Assembly (NCBI GenBank): GCA_017303905.1
Contig: JAFLBH010000001.1
Location: forward strand, 511,809-535,808
DNA: 24,000 nt
Reading direction: 5' to 3'
Origin: Bacteroidota bacterium
GTDB taxonomy: Bacteria > Bacteroidota > Bacteroidia > B-17B0 > Aurantibacillaceae
Positions 14,008 to 23,425 of the stretch are shown here, one piece after another. A program made the translations under genes and the position numbers. Below the pieces are notes generated by a model. That model saw only the letters and a list, made by a program, of their open reading frames with translations. It was not told where the DNA came from and searched no databases. The first letter of the stretch is position 1, and each line of letters opens with the position of its first letter.

Positions 14008-15123
14008 TTACCCCACCAAACTATACATTTTTCCGGGTAGGGAGCGAATGACGTTGGAGAATTCGAGTTGCAATAATAAGGCCGCTACTTTGCTAATGGT
14101 AAATCCGGAGGCGTAACTGATTTCATCCATGTGCAATTGCTTTTTTTCCTTAAAGCAATTCACAATTTTTTGTTCTTCTTCGCTGAGGTTAATTAAGAGC
14201 GGAATTTGTGAACTCTCTTTCTTTTTACTTTTTGTTTCGCTTTCCCAACCCATCACATAAAACAAATCCGCTGCACTTTCCATCAATGCTGCTTTATTCG
14301 ATTTTATAAAACCGTTACATCCTTCACTCATTACATCCGTACTTCTTCCCGGAAAGGCAAACACATCTTTATTATAACTGTTAGCAATGGTGGCCGTGAT
14401 TAAACTTCCGCCATCGCGTTTACTTTCCATCACAATCAAGGCATCGCACATACCCGCCACAATACGGTTTCGCTTCGGAAAATTAACGGCATCCGGATTA
14501 GTACCGCTTCTGAAATCGGTAAGTATCCCGCCCTTCTTTTGCATTTTCATGGCAATACTTGTGTGTGTTTGAGGATACATGCGATCGAGTCCGTGCGCTA
14601 CAACACCCACCGTATCCAAATCATTTTCCAAGGCTTTTTTGTGTGCTAACACATCAATGCCATAGGCTAATCCGCTCACCACTAAAACACCACTGCCGCG
14701 TAATTCATTCACTAATTTTTCGGTTTGCTCTCTGCCGTAATCGGTGGGCTGACGTGTGCCTACAATGGCCACAATCTTTTCAGTATTTAAATCGGCATTG
14801 CCTTTGTAATAGAGTAAAACCGGACTATCACTGCAATATTTTAAACGCTGCGGATATTTTTCATTGGTAAAAAAGAGCGTTTCAATGTTGTTTTCTTCAA
14901 TGAAACGAACTTCTTTTTCGGCTTCTTTCAAAACGTGTTGCTGCGCAATAATCGCTTTGGCTAGACCTTCGCCCACACCCGGAATTTTCAATAATTGCGC
15001 TTTATTTGCTTTAAAAATCTCTTCGGCATTTCCGCAATAAGCTAAAAGATTTTTAGCCACCACATCTCCAACGCCTTCCAATAGGGTTAAACCTACCTGA
15101 TACAACAATTCGCCTCCCACCAT
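14008..15123 (-). CDS. dprA: DNA-processing protein DprA (Smf)
   Basis: 371 aa. VAIVGTRQPTDYGREQTEKLVNEL...VVSGLAYGIDVLAHKKALE...TVGVVAHGLDRMYPQTH is the Rossmann-like DprA core. An N-terminal HhH-like region and a C-terminal wHTH-like tail are present. Confidence 0.92.
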   Translation of the reverse strand: MVGGELLYQVGLTLLEGVGDVVAKNLLAYCGNAEEIFKANKAQLLKIPGVGEGLAKAIIAQQHVLKEAEKEVRFIEENNIETLFFTNEKYPQRLKYCSDSPVLLYYKGNADLNTEKIVAIVGTRQPTDYGREQTEKLVNELRGSGVLVVSGLAYGIDVLAHKKALENDLDTVGVVAHGLDRMYPQTHTSIAMKMQKKGGILTDFRSGTNPDAVNFPKRNRIVAGMCDALIVMESKRDGGSLITATIANSYNKDVFAFPGRSTDVMSEGCNGFIKSNKAALMESAADLFYVMGWESETKSKKKESSQIPLLINLSEEEQKIVNCFKEKKQLHMDEISYASGFTISKVAALLLQLEFSNVIRSLPGKMYSLVG

Positions 15124-15152
15124 TTGAATTAAAAATATTCTTGTTTATATTG

Positions 15153-15166
15153 TGCTAATATTAGCA
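15153..15166. promoter_or_regulatory. Perfect 14 bp palindrome TGCTAATATTAGCA; candidate Fur-family-type operator
   Basis: It lies 10 nt upstream of the TonB-dependent receptor ATG, in the dprA/receptor divergent region. Each half (TGCTAAT) matches 6 of 7 positions of the Fur 7-1-7 half-site TGATAAT, but the central spacer nucleotide is missing. Confidence 0.35.
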
Positions 15167-15175
15167 TAACATAGT

Positions 15176-17584
15176 ATGCGCAAAACTACAACACTTTTTA
15201 CACTTTGCTTTATTCTGATTAAAATAAATTTATTTTCTCAGGCTCCTGCATTCATTAAAGGAACAGTTACTGATAATAGCAGCAAAGAAACTCTCCCCGG
15301 CGCGTTAGTATCAATTGGAAAAAGTAATGGAACCAGCACCGACATGAACGGAATGTTCTTACTTACAACAACAGCCGGTAAACAAACGGTGGAGTGTACG
15401 ATGATGGGATACAAAACCATTTCACAAACGGTTGACTTAAAAGAAAACGATACACTTACTCTCAATTTTTCGATGACAGATGCTAACAAACTTTTAGAAG
15501 AGGTGGTTGTGTCGGCCGGAAAGTTCGAACAAAAATTATCGGATGTAACGGTGAGTATGGAGGTGATTAAACCGGCTTTGATTGAAAATAAAAACACAAC
15601 GTCTATCGACAATATTATGAATCAAGTACCGGGCGTAACGGTGAGTGACGGTCAGGCAAGTATTCGCGGTGGAAGTGGTTTTGCTTATGGTGCCGGTAGT
15701 CGTGTGTTGGTAATGGTGGATGAAATGCCAATGATTAGCGCCGACGCAGGTGATGTAAAATGGAACTATTTGCCAATAGAAAATTTAGAACAAGTAGAAG
15801 TAATTAAAGGCGCTTCATCTGCTTTGTTTGGTTCTTCTGCTTTAAATGGTGTGATCAATTTACGTACGGCTTATGCAAAAGATAAACCAAGTACTTCTGT
15901 AACTTTATTCGGTGGCGGATACGATGCGCCAAAATATCAATACAAATGGTGGAAGGGAAGCAGTCAGCAACAAGCTGGCATTAATTTTTCTCACTCCGAA
16001 AAAATCGGAAATTTTGATTTGGTGATTGGCGGCCACATGTTTAGCGATGATGGTTATCGCGGCGGATTGGTGAATGAAGCGGTGACTTCGGGCACAACCA
16101 CCATTAATCGTCAGGTAATGAAAAACGAAAACGAAAGACGCGCGCGCATCAATGCAAACATTCGTTATAATTTCAAAAAGATTCCGGGTTTATCAATTGG
16201 CGTCAATACAAATTTAATGGATGTGCAAGGTGGTCTGTTCTTCTTGTGGAAGCACGCCGACAGTGCCTATGTTCCGAACGATATTCAGAAATACAAAAAC
16301 AAACGTTTTAATGTGGATCCTTTTGTTACGTACTTCTGGGGTAAGGATAACAAATTAAGTTTTAGAAGTCGTTATTACTTAACTCTGAACACCAACGATA
16401 AAAATCAAGAGGCCACCGCTGAATTGTATTATAACGAGTTGCAATACCAGAAGCGATTTAGTAATAACTTAACTATAACGGCCGGCGCCTTGTACATTGA
16501 GCAACAGATTTTCAGCGACTCTTTATATGGTAGACATGTCGGAAAAAACACTGCCGGCTATTTACAATTGGATAAGAAAATTAAACGTCTTACGATGTCA
16601 CTCGGATTACGTGGCGAGTTTTATAAAGTAGATACGGCATTTACACGTGGCTATTTAACTAAGAAAATAAATGATTTGCCGTTTCAGCCGGTGGCGCGTG
16701 CAGGTTTAAATTATCAATTATTGGAATATACGTTCTTGCGCGCTTCATTCGGACAAGGGTATCGTTTTCCGAGTGTAGCGGAGAAATACATCAGCACGAA
16801 TGTAAGTTCTTTAAGAATTTATGAAAACCCATCATTACAACCGGAGCGCGGTTGGAGTGCAGAGATTGGCGTGAAGCAAGGCTTCTCTTTAGGAAAATTT
16901 AAAGGCTTTTTGGATGTGGCCGGATTCTGGACGGAGTACACCAATATGGTGGAGTTTGTTTTTGATTTTTATTTCCCGGAGCCAAAACCACAAGGTTACG
17001 TGGTGCAGTTAACGGATAGAGAGTACGCAGGATTTAAATCTCAAAACTTAGGACGTGCGCAAATTAAAGGAATCGATATTTCTTTAACCGGCGGTGGAAA
17101 GATTGGTCCGGTAAACGTAGCTTTATTTAGTGGTTACACTTATATCGATCCGATTAATCCGGATTACAATCCAACAAAAGACACATTAGGCTTACCTTAT
17201 TTAAATGTGCTGAAATACCGTAACCGTCATTTATTTAAGAACGATATTCAATTCGATTATAAATTTGTTTCAATTGGGTTCAGCACTCGTTATCAAAGTT
17301 ACATGGAGAACATTGATAAAAAGTTTAATGAAAGTTTATTGCATGATTTGTTACCTGAGTTTGATCAGATTCCTTCTACGTATGTATTGCCGGGTTTGCC
17401 TGAATACAGAGAGAAAGATAAAGCAGGCTCTTGGGTGCATGATTTCAGAATAGGTTTCCAATTATCCAAAGTAGTGAAGCTCTCCTACATTTGTAACAAC
17501 GTGGCCAATGAAGAATACAGTTCACGACCGGGCGATGTGAGACCACCACGCACGCATGTACTTCAATTAATGATTAAGCTTTAA
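15176..17584 (+). CDS. TonB-dependent outer-membrane receptor with an N-terminal CarboxypepD_reg domain
   Basis: 802 aa with a signal peptide. It carries a CarboxypepD_reg domain (IKGTVTD...PGALVSI...TDMNGMF) and a plug (VSAGKFEQKLSDVTVSMEVI...IRGGSGF..GAGSRVLVMVDEMP). A long beta-barrel ends in an aromatic-rich C-terminus. Confidence 0.9.
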   Translation: MRKTTTLFTLCFILIKINLFSQAPAFIKGTVTDNSSKETLPGALVSIGKSNGTSTDMNGMFLLTTTAGKQTVECTMMGYKTISQTVDLKENDTLTLNFSMTDANKLLEEVVVSAGKFEQKLSDVTVSMEVIKPALIENKNTTSIDNIMNQVPGVTVSDGQASIRGGSGFAYGAGSRVLVMVDEMPMISADAGDVKWNYLPIENLEQVEVIKGASSALFGSSALNGVINLRTAYAKDKPSTSVTLFGGGYDAPKYQYKWWKGSSQQQAGINFSHSEKIGNFDLVIGGHMFSDDGYRGGLVNEAVTSGTTTINRQVMKNENERRARINANIRYNFKKIPGLSIGVNTNLMDVQGGLFFLWKHADSAYVPNDIQKYKNKRFNVDPFVTYFWGKDNKLSFRSRYYLTLNTNDKNQEATAELYYNELQYQKRFSNNLTITAGALYIEQQIFSDSLYGRHVGKNTAGYLQLDKKIKRLTMSLGLRGEFYKVDTAFTRGYLTKKINDLPFQPVARAGLNYQLLEYTFLRASFGQGYRFPSVAEKYISTNVSSLRIYENPSLQPERGWSAEIGVKQGFSLGKFKGFLDVAGFWTEYTNMVEFVFDFYFPEPKPQGYVVQLTDREYAGFKSQNLGRAQIKGIDISLTGGGKIGPVNVALFSGYTYIDPINPDYNPTKDTLGLPYLNVLKYRNRHLFKNDIQFDYKFVSIGFSTRYQSYMENIDKKFNESLLHDLLPEFDQIPSTYVLPGLPEYREKDKAGSWVHDFRIGFQLSKVVKLSYICNNVANEEYSSRPGDVRPPRTHVLQLMIKL

Positions 17585-18123
17585 GCGAATTTAAATTCTT
17601 TATAGGGTAACCAGCTTTTTCCTGTGTGTTTTAAGAGGAAGAAAGAGTTGCATAGAAAGTTAGCTTCAAAGGATTTGTTGCGATATTCTTCCATCATCAG
17701 GTAGAAAAATTCTTTTTTCAAATCACGGAAAGCGATGGTAACGTGTGGATGATATTTCCGCATGTCATCCGCCTGATTGAAAATGTTGAGATTTGACTTT
17801 ACTTGTTTAACCACTTCTTTTTGTAGTTTGTTTAAATTTTCATTCTCAATAACATCCACAAAAACTACTTTGGGTTCAAAACAATTATAGTTCTTCAAAT
17901 TAATTTCAAAAGCAGGAATTTCTGTTTTGAAATTGGAAAGTGTATTCAAAAGAATTTCTTCTTTTTCTGTTTTCCATTCAAAGGGCATATGCAATGTGAT
18001 GTGCGAAGGGGAACGCAAGGCACTTTTGTTGTTGTATTTTTCCGACACTTCTTTTTTAATGTTTTCTATTTGTGAAAACACCGGTTCAGGAGGAATGATG
18101 GCTATGAAATATTTTTGCAGCAT
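17581..18123 (-). CDS. 2H phosphoesterase family protein (2'-5' RNA ligase LigT/ThpR-like)
   Basis: 180 aa with two H-x-T/S-x motifs (SHITLHMPF and HPHVTIAFRD) at the expected spacing. The ATG overlaps the upstream phosphatase stop by 1 nt. Confidence 0.75.
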   Translation of the reverse strand: MLQKYFIAIIPPEPVFSQIENIKKEVSEKYNNKSALRSPSHITLHMPFEWKTEKEEILLNTLSNFKTEIPAFEINLKNYNCFEPKVVFVDVIENENLNKLQKEVVKQVKSNLNIFNQADDMRKYHPHVTIAFRDLKKEFFYLMMEEYRNKSFEANFLCNSFFLLKHTGKSWLPYKEFKFA

Positions 18124-20108
18124 TAAACACGAACACCAATCACCAGGATATCATCAATTTGTTCAAGATTTCCCTTCCAGTTTTCGTAAGCGGTTTTAAT
18201 GGCTTCGTGTTGTTGGGCTGGAGATAAATCGTGAATGGAGATGAGTAATTTTTTAAGCGCGTTGTACTTGAATTTTTTTCCTTTTGGTCTGCCAAACTGA
18301 TCGGCAAAACCATCAGAATATAAATAAATATAATCGCTTTTTTGTAATTGGATTTTGTGATTGGTATAATTATCGGCTACGCCATCGATGTTACTGCCAA
18401 TTGGAAACTTATCTGCCTTTATCTCTAATAAACTATCTTCAAAAAAGATTTCTTTATCGGATGTGATTTTATGTGATGAAGAGAAATTCTTACGCACAAT
18501 CCACAAATTATTGAAAGCGCCCGCGAATTGTAATTCTTTTGTCTGCGCGTTATAAGTACATAAAGACAAATCCATGCCATCTTTTACTGCATTGTCTTCT
18601 TGATTTTGTCGGAGTGTATCTGTTACACCCATATCCAAATGTTGTAAAATGTCGGAAGGTTTGGTTAAATCTTTTTCGTTAACAGCGCGATTTAATAAAC
18701 TCATGCCCACCACACTCATCATGGCACCCGGTACGCCGTGTCCGGTACAATCAACAGCGGCAAACATGACTAAATTATTTTTTTCTTCTACCCAATAGAA
18801 GTCACCGCTTACTACATCTTTAGGCTTGTAAAATATAAACGCGTCGGGCAACAAGCGTTTTACCATTTTATCGGGGGGTAAAATAGAAAGCTGAATACGT
18901 TTAGCGTAATTAATGCTATCGGTTATTTCTTTTTTCTGATGGGTAATTTCGTCGTTTTGTTTTTGTAATAAGGCGTTTGCCTGTTTTTTGTTTTTATTTT
19001 GTTTAAACAAGACACCTGCAATTATCAAAAATACGATAACAGAAATGATGGAAATAAAAGTTAGTGTGCGTGATTGTTTCACTTTTAAAGTGCTTATTTC
19101 TTGTTCTGCAGAAAGACGTTTTAACTCATCTTCTTTTTTACCGGTTTCATACTTCACTTCCATTTCGCTGAGTTTTTCTACTGTGCGTAGTTTGTTTACA
19201 CTGTCTTTTAGGAAAAAGGCGGTGTTATAAAACTCAGCTGACTTAATATATTTTTTGAGTTCGTAATAAACATCACCAAGGGCTTTATTAATTGACATTG
19301 CTAATTCGACGTTGTCAGGATTAGCTTTATAAGCTAATTCAAAATATTTTAATGAAGTTTCCGCGTCTTTCATTTTGTAATAGAATGTGCCAATATTGTA
19401 AAGGGTTCCGGCATAACCTAAAAGATCCCCCCCGTTTTTATAATATTCTAAAACAATTGCCGAGTATTTTGCAACAGAATCTTTGTTACGCAATTCGGAA
19501 TAGGCAGAAAGCAGGGTTCCATAAATGTTACCCATAAACGATAAATTTTTCGCTTGTTCTTCCGACGCATTATTAATAACCAGGTTGCTATAGAAAATTG
19601 CAGAGTCATTCTGCTTAATTTTAGAATACATTATAGCAAGGTTGCTTTCTACTAAGCATTTTTTAACCTTGTTTTTTGTAAAAACGCTATAAGCTCTTGC
19701 CTCATGATAAGTTAATCTTGCGTTATCAAACCTCTCATTACTTACGTACAAATTGCCGATGGCATTTAAGCTTTCAATGATTTTCGAACTTTGATTTAAT
19801 TTTTTGGCTAAGCCTTTGTTTTCAATAAAACATTCCAAGGAACGATTTAGGTCACCAAGTATATATAGAGCCACCGCTTTTTTATGTCGACTAAGATAGG
19901 TAAGTGAGTCGTTTTTAATTTGAAGGGAGAGGGAAACAGCAGAATCGGCAAAGGTTTGGGACAATTGTGGGTCAGACCTTAAGACAGAGTCGGCTTTATT
20001 GTTTAGTTCAACGATTTTTTTTATATCCTGGGAGAACAAAACCCCCTGCAGAATTGTTATAAAGATGATGATGTAATATTTTGTAATTTTTGTCAAGGAA
20101 ATAAACAA
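18123..20108 (-). CDS. Membrane-anchored TPR-repeat sensor with a PP2C-type (SpoIIE/RsbU-like) phosphatase domain; paralog of 291..2417
   Basis: 661 aa with the same architecture: signal, TPR repeats, coiled coil, TM (LTFISIISVIVFLIIAGVLF) and SpoIIE domain (SGDFYW, DCTGHGVPGAMMS, DGMDLS, SDGFADQFG, DDILVIG). No ATG is available; the start is TTG 20108 or TTG 20096. Confidence 0.85.
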   Translation of the reverse strand: MFISLTKITKYYIIIFITILQGVLFSQDIKKIVELNNKADSVLRSDPQLSQTFADSAVSLSLQIKNDSLTYLSRHKKAVALYILGDLNRSLECFIENKGLAKKLNQSSKIIESLNAIGNLYVSNERFDNARLTYHEARAYSVFTKNKVKKCLVESNLAIMYSKIKQNDSAIFYSNLVINNASEEQAKNLSFMGNIYGTLLSAYSELRNKDSVAKYSAIVLEYYKNGGDLLGYAGTLYNIGTFYYKMKDAETSLKYFELAYKANPDNVELAMSINKALGDVYYELKKYIKSAEFYNTAFFLKDSVNKLRTVEKLSEMEVKYETGKKEDELKRLSAEQEISTLKVKQSRTLTFISIISVIVFLIIAGVLFKQNKNKKQANALLQKQNDEITHQKKEITDSINYAKRIQLSILPPDKMVKRLLPDAFIFYKPKDVVSGDFYWVEEKNNLVMFAAVDCTGHGVPGAMMSVVGMSLLNRAVNEKDLTKPSDILQHLDMGVTDTLRQNQEDNAVKDGMDLSLCTYNAQTKELQFAGAFNNLWIVRKNFSSSHKITSDKEIFFEDSLLEIKADKFPIGSNIDGVADNYTNHKIQLQKSDYIYLYSDGFADQFGRPKGKKFKYNALKKLLISIHDLSPAQQHEAIKTAYENWKGNLEQIDDILVIGVRV

Positions 20109-20171
20109 TATTTATATTTTTATAATGAAAATAAAGATATAACTTTATACTATAAATCTAAAACAAAACTC

Positions 20172-20699
20172 ATGTTAAGTTCAAAAGTAAGTACAGCTTT
20201 AAATAAGCAAATCGAATTAGAGGCATCTTCCTCGCAATATTATTTAGCGATGGCGAGTTGGGCCGAAACACAAGGCTTAAACGGCGTGTCGGGATTTTTA
20301 TATAAGCATGCCGATGAAGAGCGCATGCACATGCTCAAGTTGATTAAGTTTGTGAATGAGCGTGGTGGACACGGTGTAGTGCCAGCATTAAGTCAGCCTC
20401 CTGTAAAGTTTAAATCGGTAAAGTCTGTTTTTGAAGAGATATTAAAGCATGAGGTAAAAGTAACCAATGAAATAAATAAGTTAGTTGAGATTACCTTAAA
20501 AGAAAGAGATTATACAACGCACAACTTTTTACAGTGGTATGTGAGTGAACAAATAGAAGAAGAAGCGTTAGCGCGTCAGATTATGGACAAGATTAAATTA
20601 ATCGGTGATGATAAGAGCGGATTGTACTTCTTTGATAGAGATTTGGAAAGTTTTGCGGTAGCCGGTGCCGGTAATGCCGAAGGCGGAAAAGGAAAATAA
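20172..20699 (+). CDS. ftnA: Non-heme ferritin
   Basis: 175 aa. LNKQIELEASSSQYYLAMASWAETQGLNGVSGFLYKHADEERMHMLKLIKFVNERGG and ...HNFLQWYVSEQIEEEA carry the ferroxidase-centre residues of bacterial Ftn. Confidence 0.9.
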   Translation: MLSSKVSTALNKQIELEASSSQYYLAMASWAETQGLNGVSGFLYKHADEERMHMLKLIKFVNERGGHGVVPALSQPPVKFKSVKSVFEEILKHEVKVTNEINKLVEITLKERDYTTHNFLQWYVSEQIEEEALARQIMDKIKLIGDDKSGLYFFDRDLESFAVAGAGNAEGGKGK

Positions 20700-20721
20700 T
20701 AGCAACTAATAAAATTAAAAG

Positions 20722-20744
20722 CCCTGCATATTGCGGGTTTTTTT
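20722..20744. terminator. Bidirectional rho-independent terminator between convergent ftnA and the serine hydrolase gene
   Basis: The stem pairs CCC(T)GCA with TGCGGG around a TAT loop, 6 bp with one bulge. It is followed by T7 (20738-20744) and preceded by an A-tract for the opposite strand. Confidence 0.6.
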
Positions 20745-21912
20745 AATTTAAGACTACATCGGTTAATTCGCTCTCAAAATCGAAAAAGGTTTGCTTTAAA
20801 CTACTGTTACCGTTTGTGCCGTAATTAACAAAGAAAATAATGGTGTAGCCTCTCTCGGGGAAATAGAATGAGTTAGCGTTGTATCCTAAGTCGCGGCCGG
20901 TGTGACCAATTCCATAAGTAGCTTTATGGGTAAATTTCTTTACTGTACTTACACCACAGTAGTAATCATCGTCTTCCCGGTTAAACTCTGTCATTAAATC
21001 TAAAGAAGCTTGGGATAATAAAGTTTTCTTTGCGAATAACGCCTCCATAAATTTGAATAAATCAAATACGTTCGAATATATTCCGCCAAACCCATTTCCA
21101 CTTCCTGTTATGTAATTAGATACATTTACAATGGTTCCGTTACTGTGTAAATCAAAATAGCCTTGCGCCGCATCATTCGGAATTTGTTCTCGTCCCTGGT
21201 AATACGTGTTACTCATGCCCAAAGGTGTTAAAATCAAATCGCGCAATAACTTATCATGTCTTTCGCCTGTCGCTTTTTCAACACACATGGCGAGTAATAA
21301 TGTATTGGTGTTAGAATAATTGGCGGGATATTGTGAACTTAATTCTTCTCCGTCTTTGTTATATACAAACTGTAACAACTCCTCAAACGACCAGGTTTTG
21401 TTTGGATTGTTGATGATAGCCAGATAAAAAGCAGGGGCAGTAATCACATCAAAAATTCCGGTAGTATGATTCATCAATTGCTTAATGGTTTTTCCATCCG
21501 CATTTTTTATTTTCTTTAAAATATCATTATCAATGTATTTTGATATCGGATCGTTGATGTTGATTTTCCCTTGTTCCTGTAATTTCAAAACCATAGAACC
21601 CACTAACAGTTTGGTTATACTGGCTACTTTCGATATATGACAAGGAGAGAATTTGATTCCTTTGTCAATGTCGGCAAATCCGCTAGAACCAATCCATGTA
21701 CCATTGGAGTCGTTAATTAAAATAGAAATTCCCGGTAAACCTTTTTTACGGTAGCGTTCTAACAACTCAGTGTAAGCGGTATGCTTTGGATGTGTTGTAC
21801 TACTGTCGGCATAAACACAATCAATGGATTTAGTTGGGACAATTTCTTCCTTTTTACAATGAGAAAAGAAAACGATTACGATGAGAAAATATAATCTATT
21901 TAGCTGTTTCAT
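20743..21912 (-). CDS. Serine hydrolase, beta-lactamase (class C/PBP4-like) family lipoprotein
   Basis: The SxxK motif (VASITKLLVG) and YxN-like region are present. The track start is GTG 21924; ATG 21912 gives MKQLNRLYFLIVIVFFSHC, a lipoprotein signal. Confidence 0.8.
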   Translation of the reverse strand: MKQLNRLYFLIVIVFFSHCKKEEIVPTKSIDCVYADSSTTHPKHTAYTELLERYRKKGLPGISILINDSNGTWIGSSGFADIDKGIKFSPCHISKVASITKLLVGSMVLKLQEQGKININDPISKYIDNDILKKIKNADGKTIKQLMNHTTGIFDVITAPAFYLAIINNPNKTWSFEELLQFVYNKDGEELSSQYPANYSNTNTLLLAMCVEKATGERHDKLLRDLILTPLGMSNTYYQGREQIPNDAAQGYFDLHSNGTIVNVSNYITGSGNGFGGIYSNVFDLFKFMEALFAKKTLLSQASLDLMTEFNREDDDYYCGVSTVKKFTHKATYGIGHTGRDLGYNANSFYFPERGYTIIFFVNYGTNGNSSLKQTFFDFESELTDVVLN

Positions 21913-22531
21913 TTTTCTTTTCACATTTGTTTAAGCGTGTTGTAATGCCAAGCATGATTGCGTTGTAAGGAACAATGGGAACAAAACTTCCGGCGAAAGG
22001 CCCTTGAATATTAGTACGAAACTGAATTAATAAATTAAATTTTTCAGGATCTGATTTTTTTAATGCAACACCACAACCAATTATCGTTCCCATAATAAAT
22101 TGTGGCCGACCTTTAATGCCGGATTCTTTTACATAAGTGCCATCCGATTTTAATTTAAAAACTTGATATTGATAAAATGAGTGGAGGTAACCTGCACCAA
22201 GCGCAACATCGGAATAGACACGCGTATTAAAAAAATAACGGTGATGTAAGTTTAAGTTTAGCTTAGCGGCTGTTTGGAAAAAACGATGATAGAATGTGCC
22301 AAGCCCCGCCTCTAGCCACCATTGATTTTTTTCTTTTTTGTTTATTTTTTTTTCAGCAAAAAAATCTAAACCCGGATGAAACGCCGCGTAAAATAGTTTC
22401 GGATAACCAATTACCGGCCATGCTGTACCGTGATTAGAAATGCCAGCCCCAATGCGCATGTCTTGTGCCCTTACACTTAAGCAAAAAATGGAAACAAGAA
22501 TAATAGCAGCGTGTATAAATCGCAGTCTCAC
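21896..22531 (-). CDS. Hypothetical secreted/outer-membrane protein (beta-strand-rich)
   Basis: The ORF has no ATG before the signal peptide. The track uses TTG 22600. GTG 22531 gives (M)RLRFIHAAIILVSIFCLSVRAQD, a clean signal peptide. The alternating aromatic/Gly pattern suggests a small beta-barrel. No family was recognised. Confidence 0.4.
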   Translation of the reverse strand: MRLRFIHAAIILVSIFCLSVRAQDMRIGAGISNHGTAWPVIGYPKLFYAAFHPGLDFFAEKKINKKEKNQWWLEAGLGTFYHRFFQTAAKLNLNLHHRYFFNTRVYSDVALGAGYLHSFYQYQVFKLKSDGTYVKESGIKGRPQFIMGTIIGCGVALKKSDPEKFNLLIQFRTNIQGPFAGSFVPIVPYNAIMLGITTRLNKCEKKNETAK

Positions 22532-22596
22532 AAAACAAATGTAAGCATTGAGGATATCAAAATGATGATAATGCTCAGCTTTTCGTTTGACAAGGC

Positions 22597-23337
22597 TCAA
22601 TTAGTAAACAAATAATTTCCGGCTTTATCAATACTATATTGGGCGGGTTTTTTGTTCGATTCAAAATAGGTGTAGGCCGGCTTTAAAGCACTCCAAAATT
22701 TATTCAGCTCTGCCGAATATGCAGATAATACTTTATCGTTTTCTTTGGTCATGCGGCAAGGGAAAATCTCTACACGTATGGGATTGTTTTTGTTTTTTGC
22801 TTCTACGCAAAGCAAATAAACATCTTCAACCGGACCATCCTGTAGTGGGATACAACCAATGGTCACACAATTTCCGTGAATCATGATATCCCCTCCGGGA
22901 TCTTTACCGGTAGCTAAAATTCTATCGCTTTTATTGGGATATCCGACTTTAAGCGCCAGATAATAACTGCTGCTTGGATTAAAAAAGGGAACATCATAAA
23001 TTCCCTCCGGCACTTGCATATCGCCTTGTTTACGTTTTGGACCTAAATCACCGCTTGACGCACAAATATTTATTTTTTTGAAAAGAGTGAATTGTTGCGA
23101 TGATTTATTTTTAACCCACAACTCCAGCTCTTGTTCATGTTTAAACACACGTATAAAAACTTCTAAGTCGCCGGAACTAATGTTTTTGTTTTTTAAATCG
23201 GCTTCAATACCGGGCCACTTGTTTTGGTATGCTTTTTTAACCCTACTGTTTTTTAGTTGTTGTTCTTTAAAGCTTTGCCCAAAGCTTGAAAAGCACACAA
23301 CAGAAAAAATAATTGTTATGAAATGAGAAAGCCGCAT
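22597..23337 (-). CDS. L,D-transpeptidase family protein (YafK-like)
   Basis: 246 aa with a signal peptide. The sequence is FKHEQELELWVK...ICASSGDLGPKRKQGDMQVPEGIY...NPSSSYYLALKVGYPNKSDR...GGDIMIHGNCVTIGCIPL. It contains the catalytic H-G-x-x-x-T-x-G-C motif. Confidence 0.85.
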   Translation of the reverse strand: MRLSHFITIIFSVVCFSSFGQSFKEQQLKNSRVKKAYQNKWPGIEADLKNKNISSGDLEVFIRVFKHEQELELWVKNKSSQQFTLFKKINICASSGDLGPKRKQGDMQVPEGIYDVPFFNPSSSYYLALKVGYPNKSDRILATGKDPGGDIMIHGNCVTIGCIPLQDGPVEDVYLLCVEAKNKNNPIRVEIFPCRMTKENDKVLSAYSAELNKFWSALKPAYTYFESNKKPAQYSIDKAGNYLFTN

Positions 23338-23425
23338 AAACCTGTATTAAAGATAGAATTTATTACGAACGTGATTACGATAACGTTTCAGATTTAACAT
23401 CACTTAGCATTTGTTTTATGGGCGA

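Noticed and set aside
17581-17584. A TTAA stop-codon overlap between the convergent TonB receptor and LigT-like genes, mirroring the R/M overlap at 9932-9935.
   Set aside because: Overlapping convergent stops are common in compact genomes. Unlike the R-M case, I see no specific regulatory rationale here.
20120-20134. A PerR/Fur-like box, TTATAATGAAAATAA, upstream of ferritin.
   Set aside because: Only the left half-site matches (TTATAAT), while the right half matches 5 of 7. The region is so AT-rich that a match of this quality is expected by chance.
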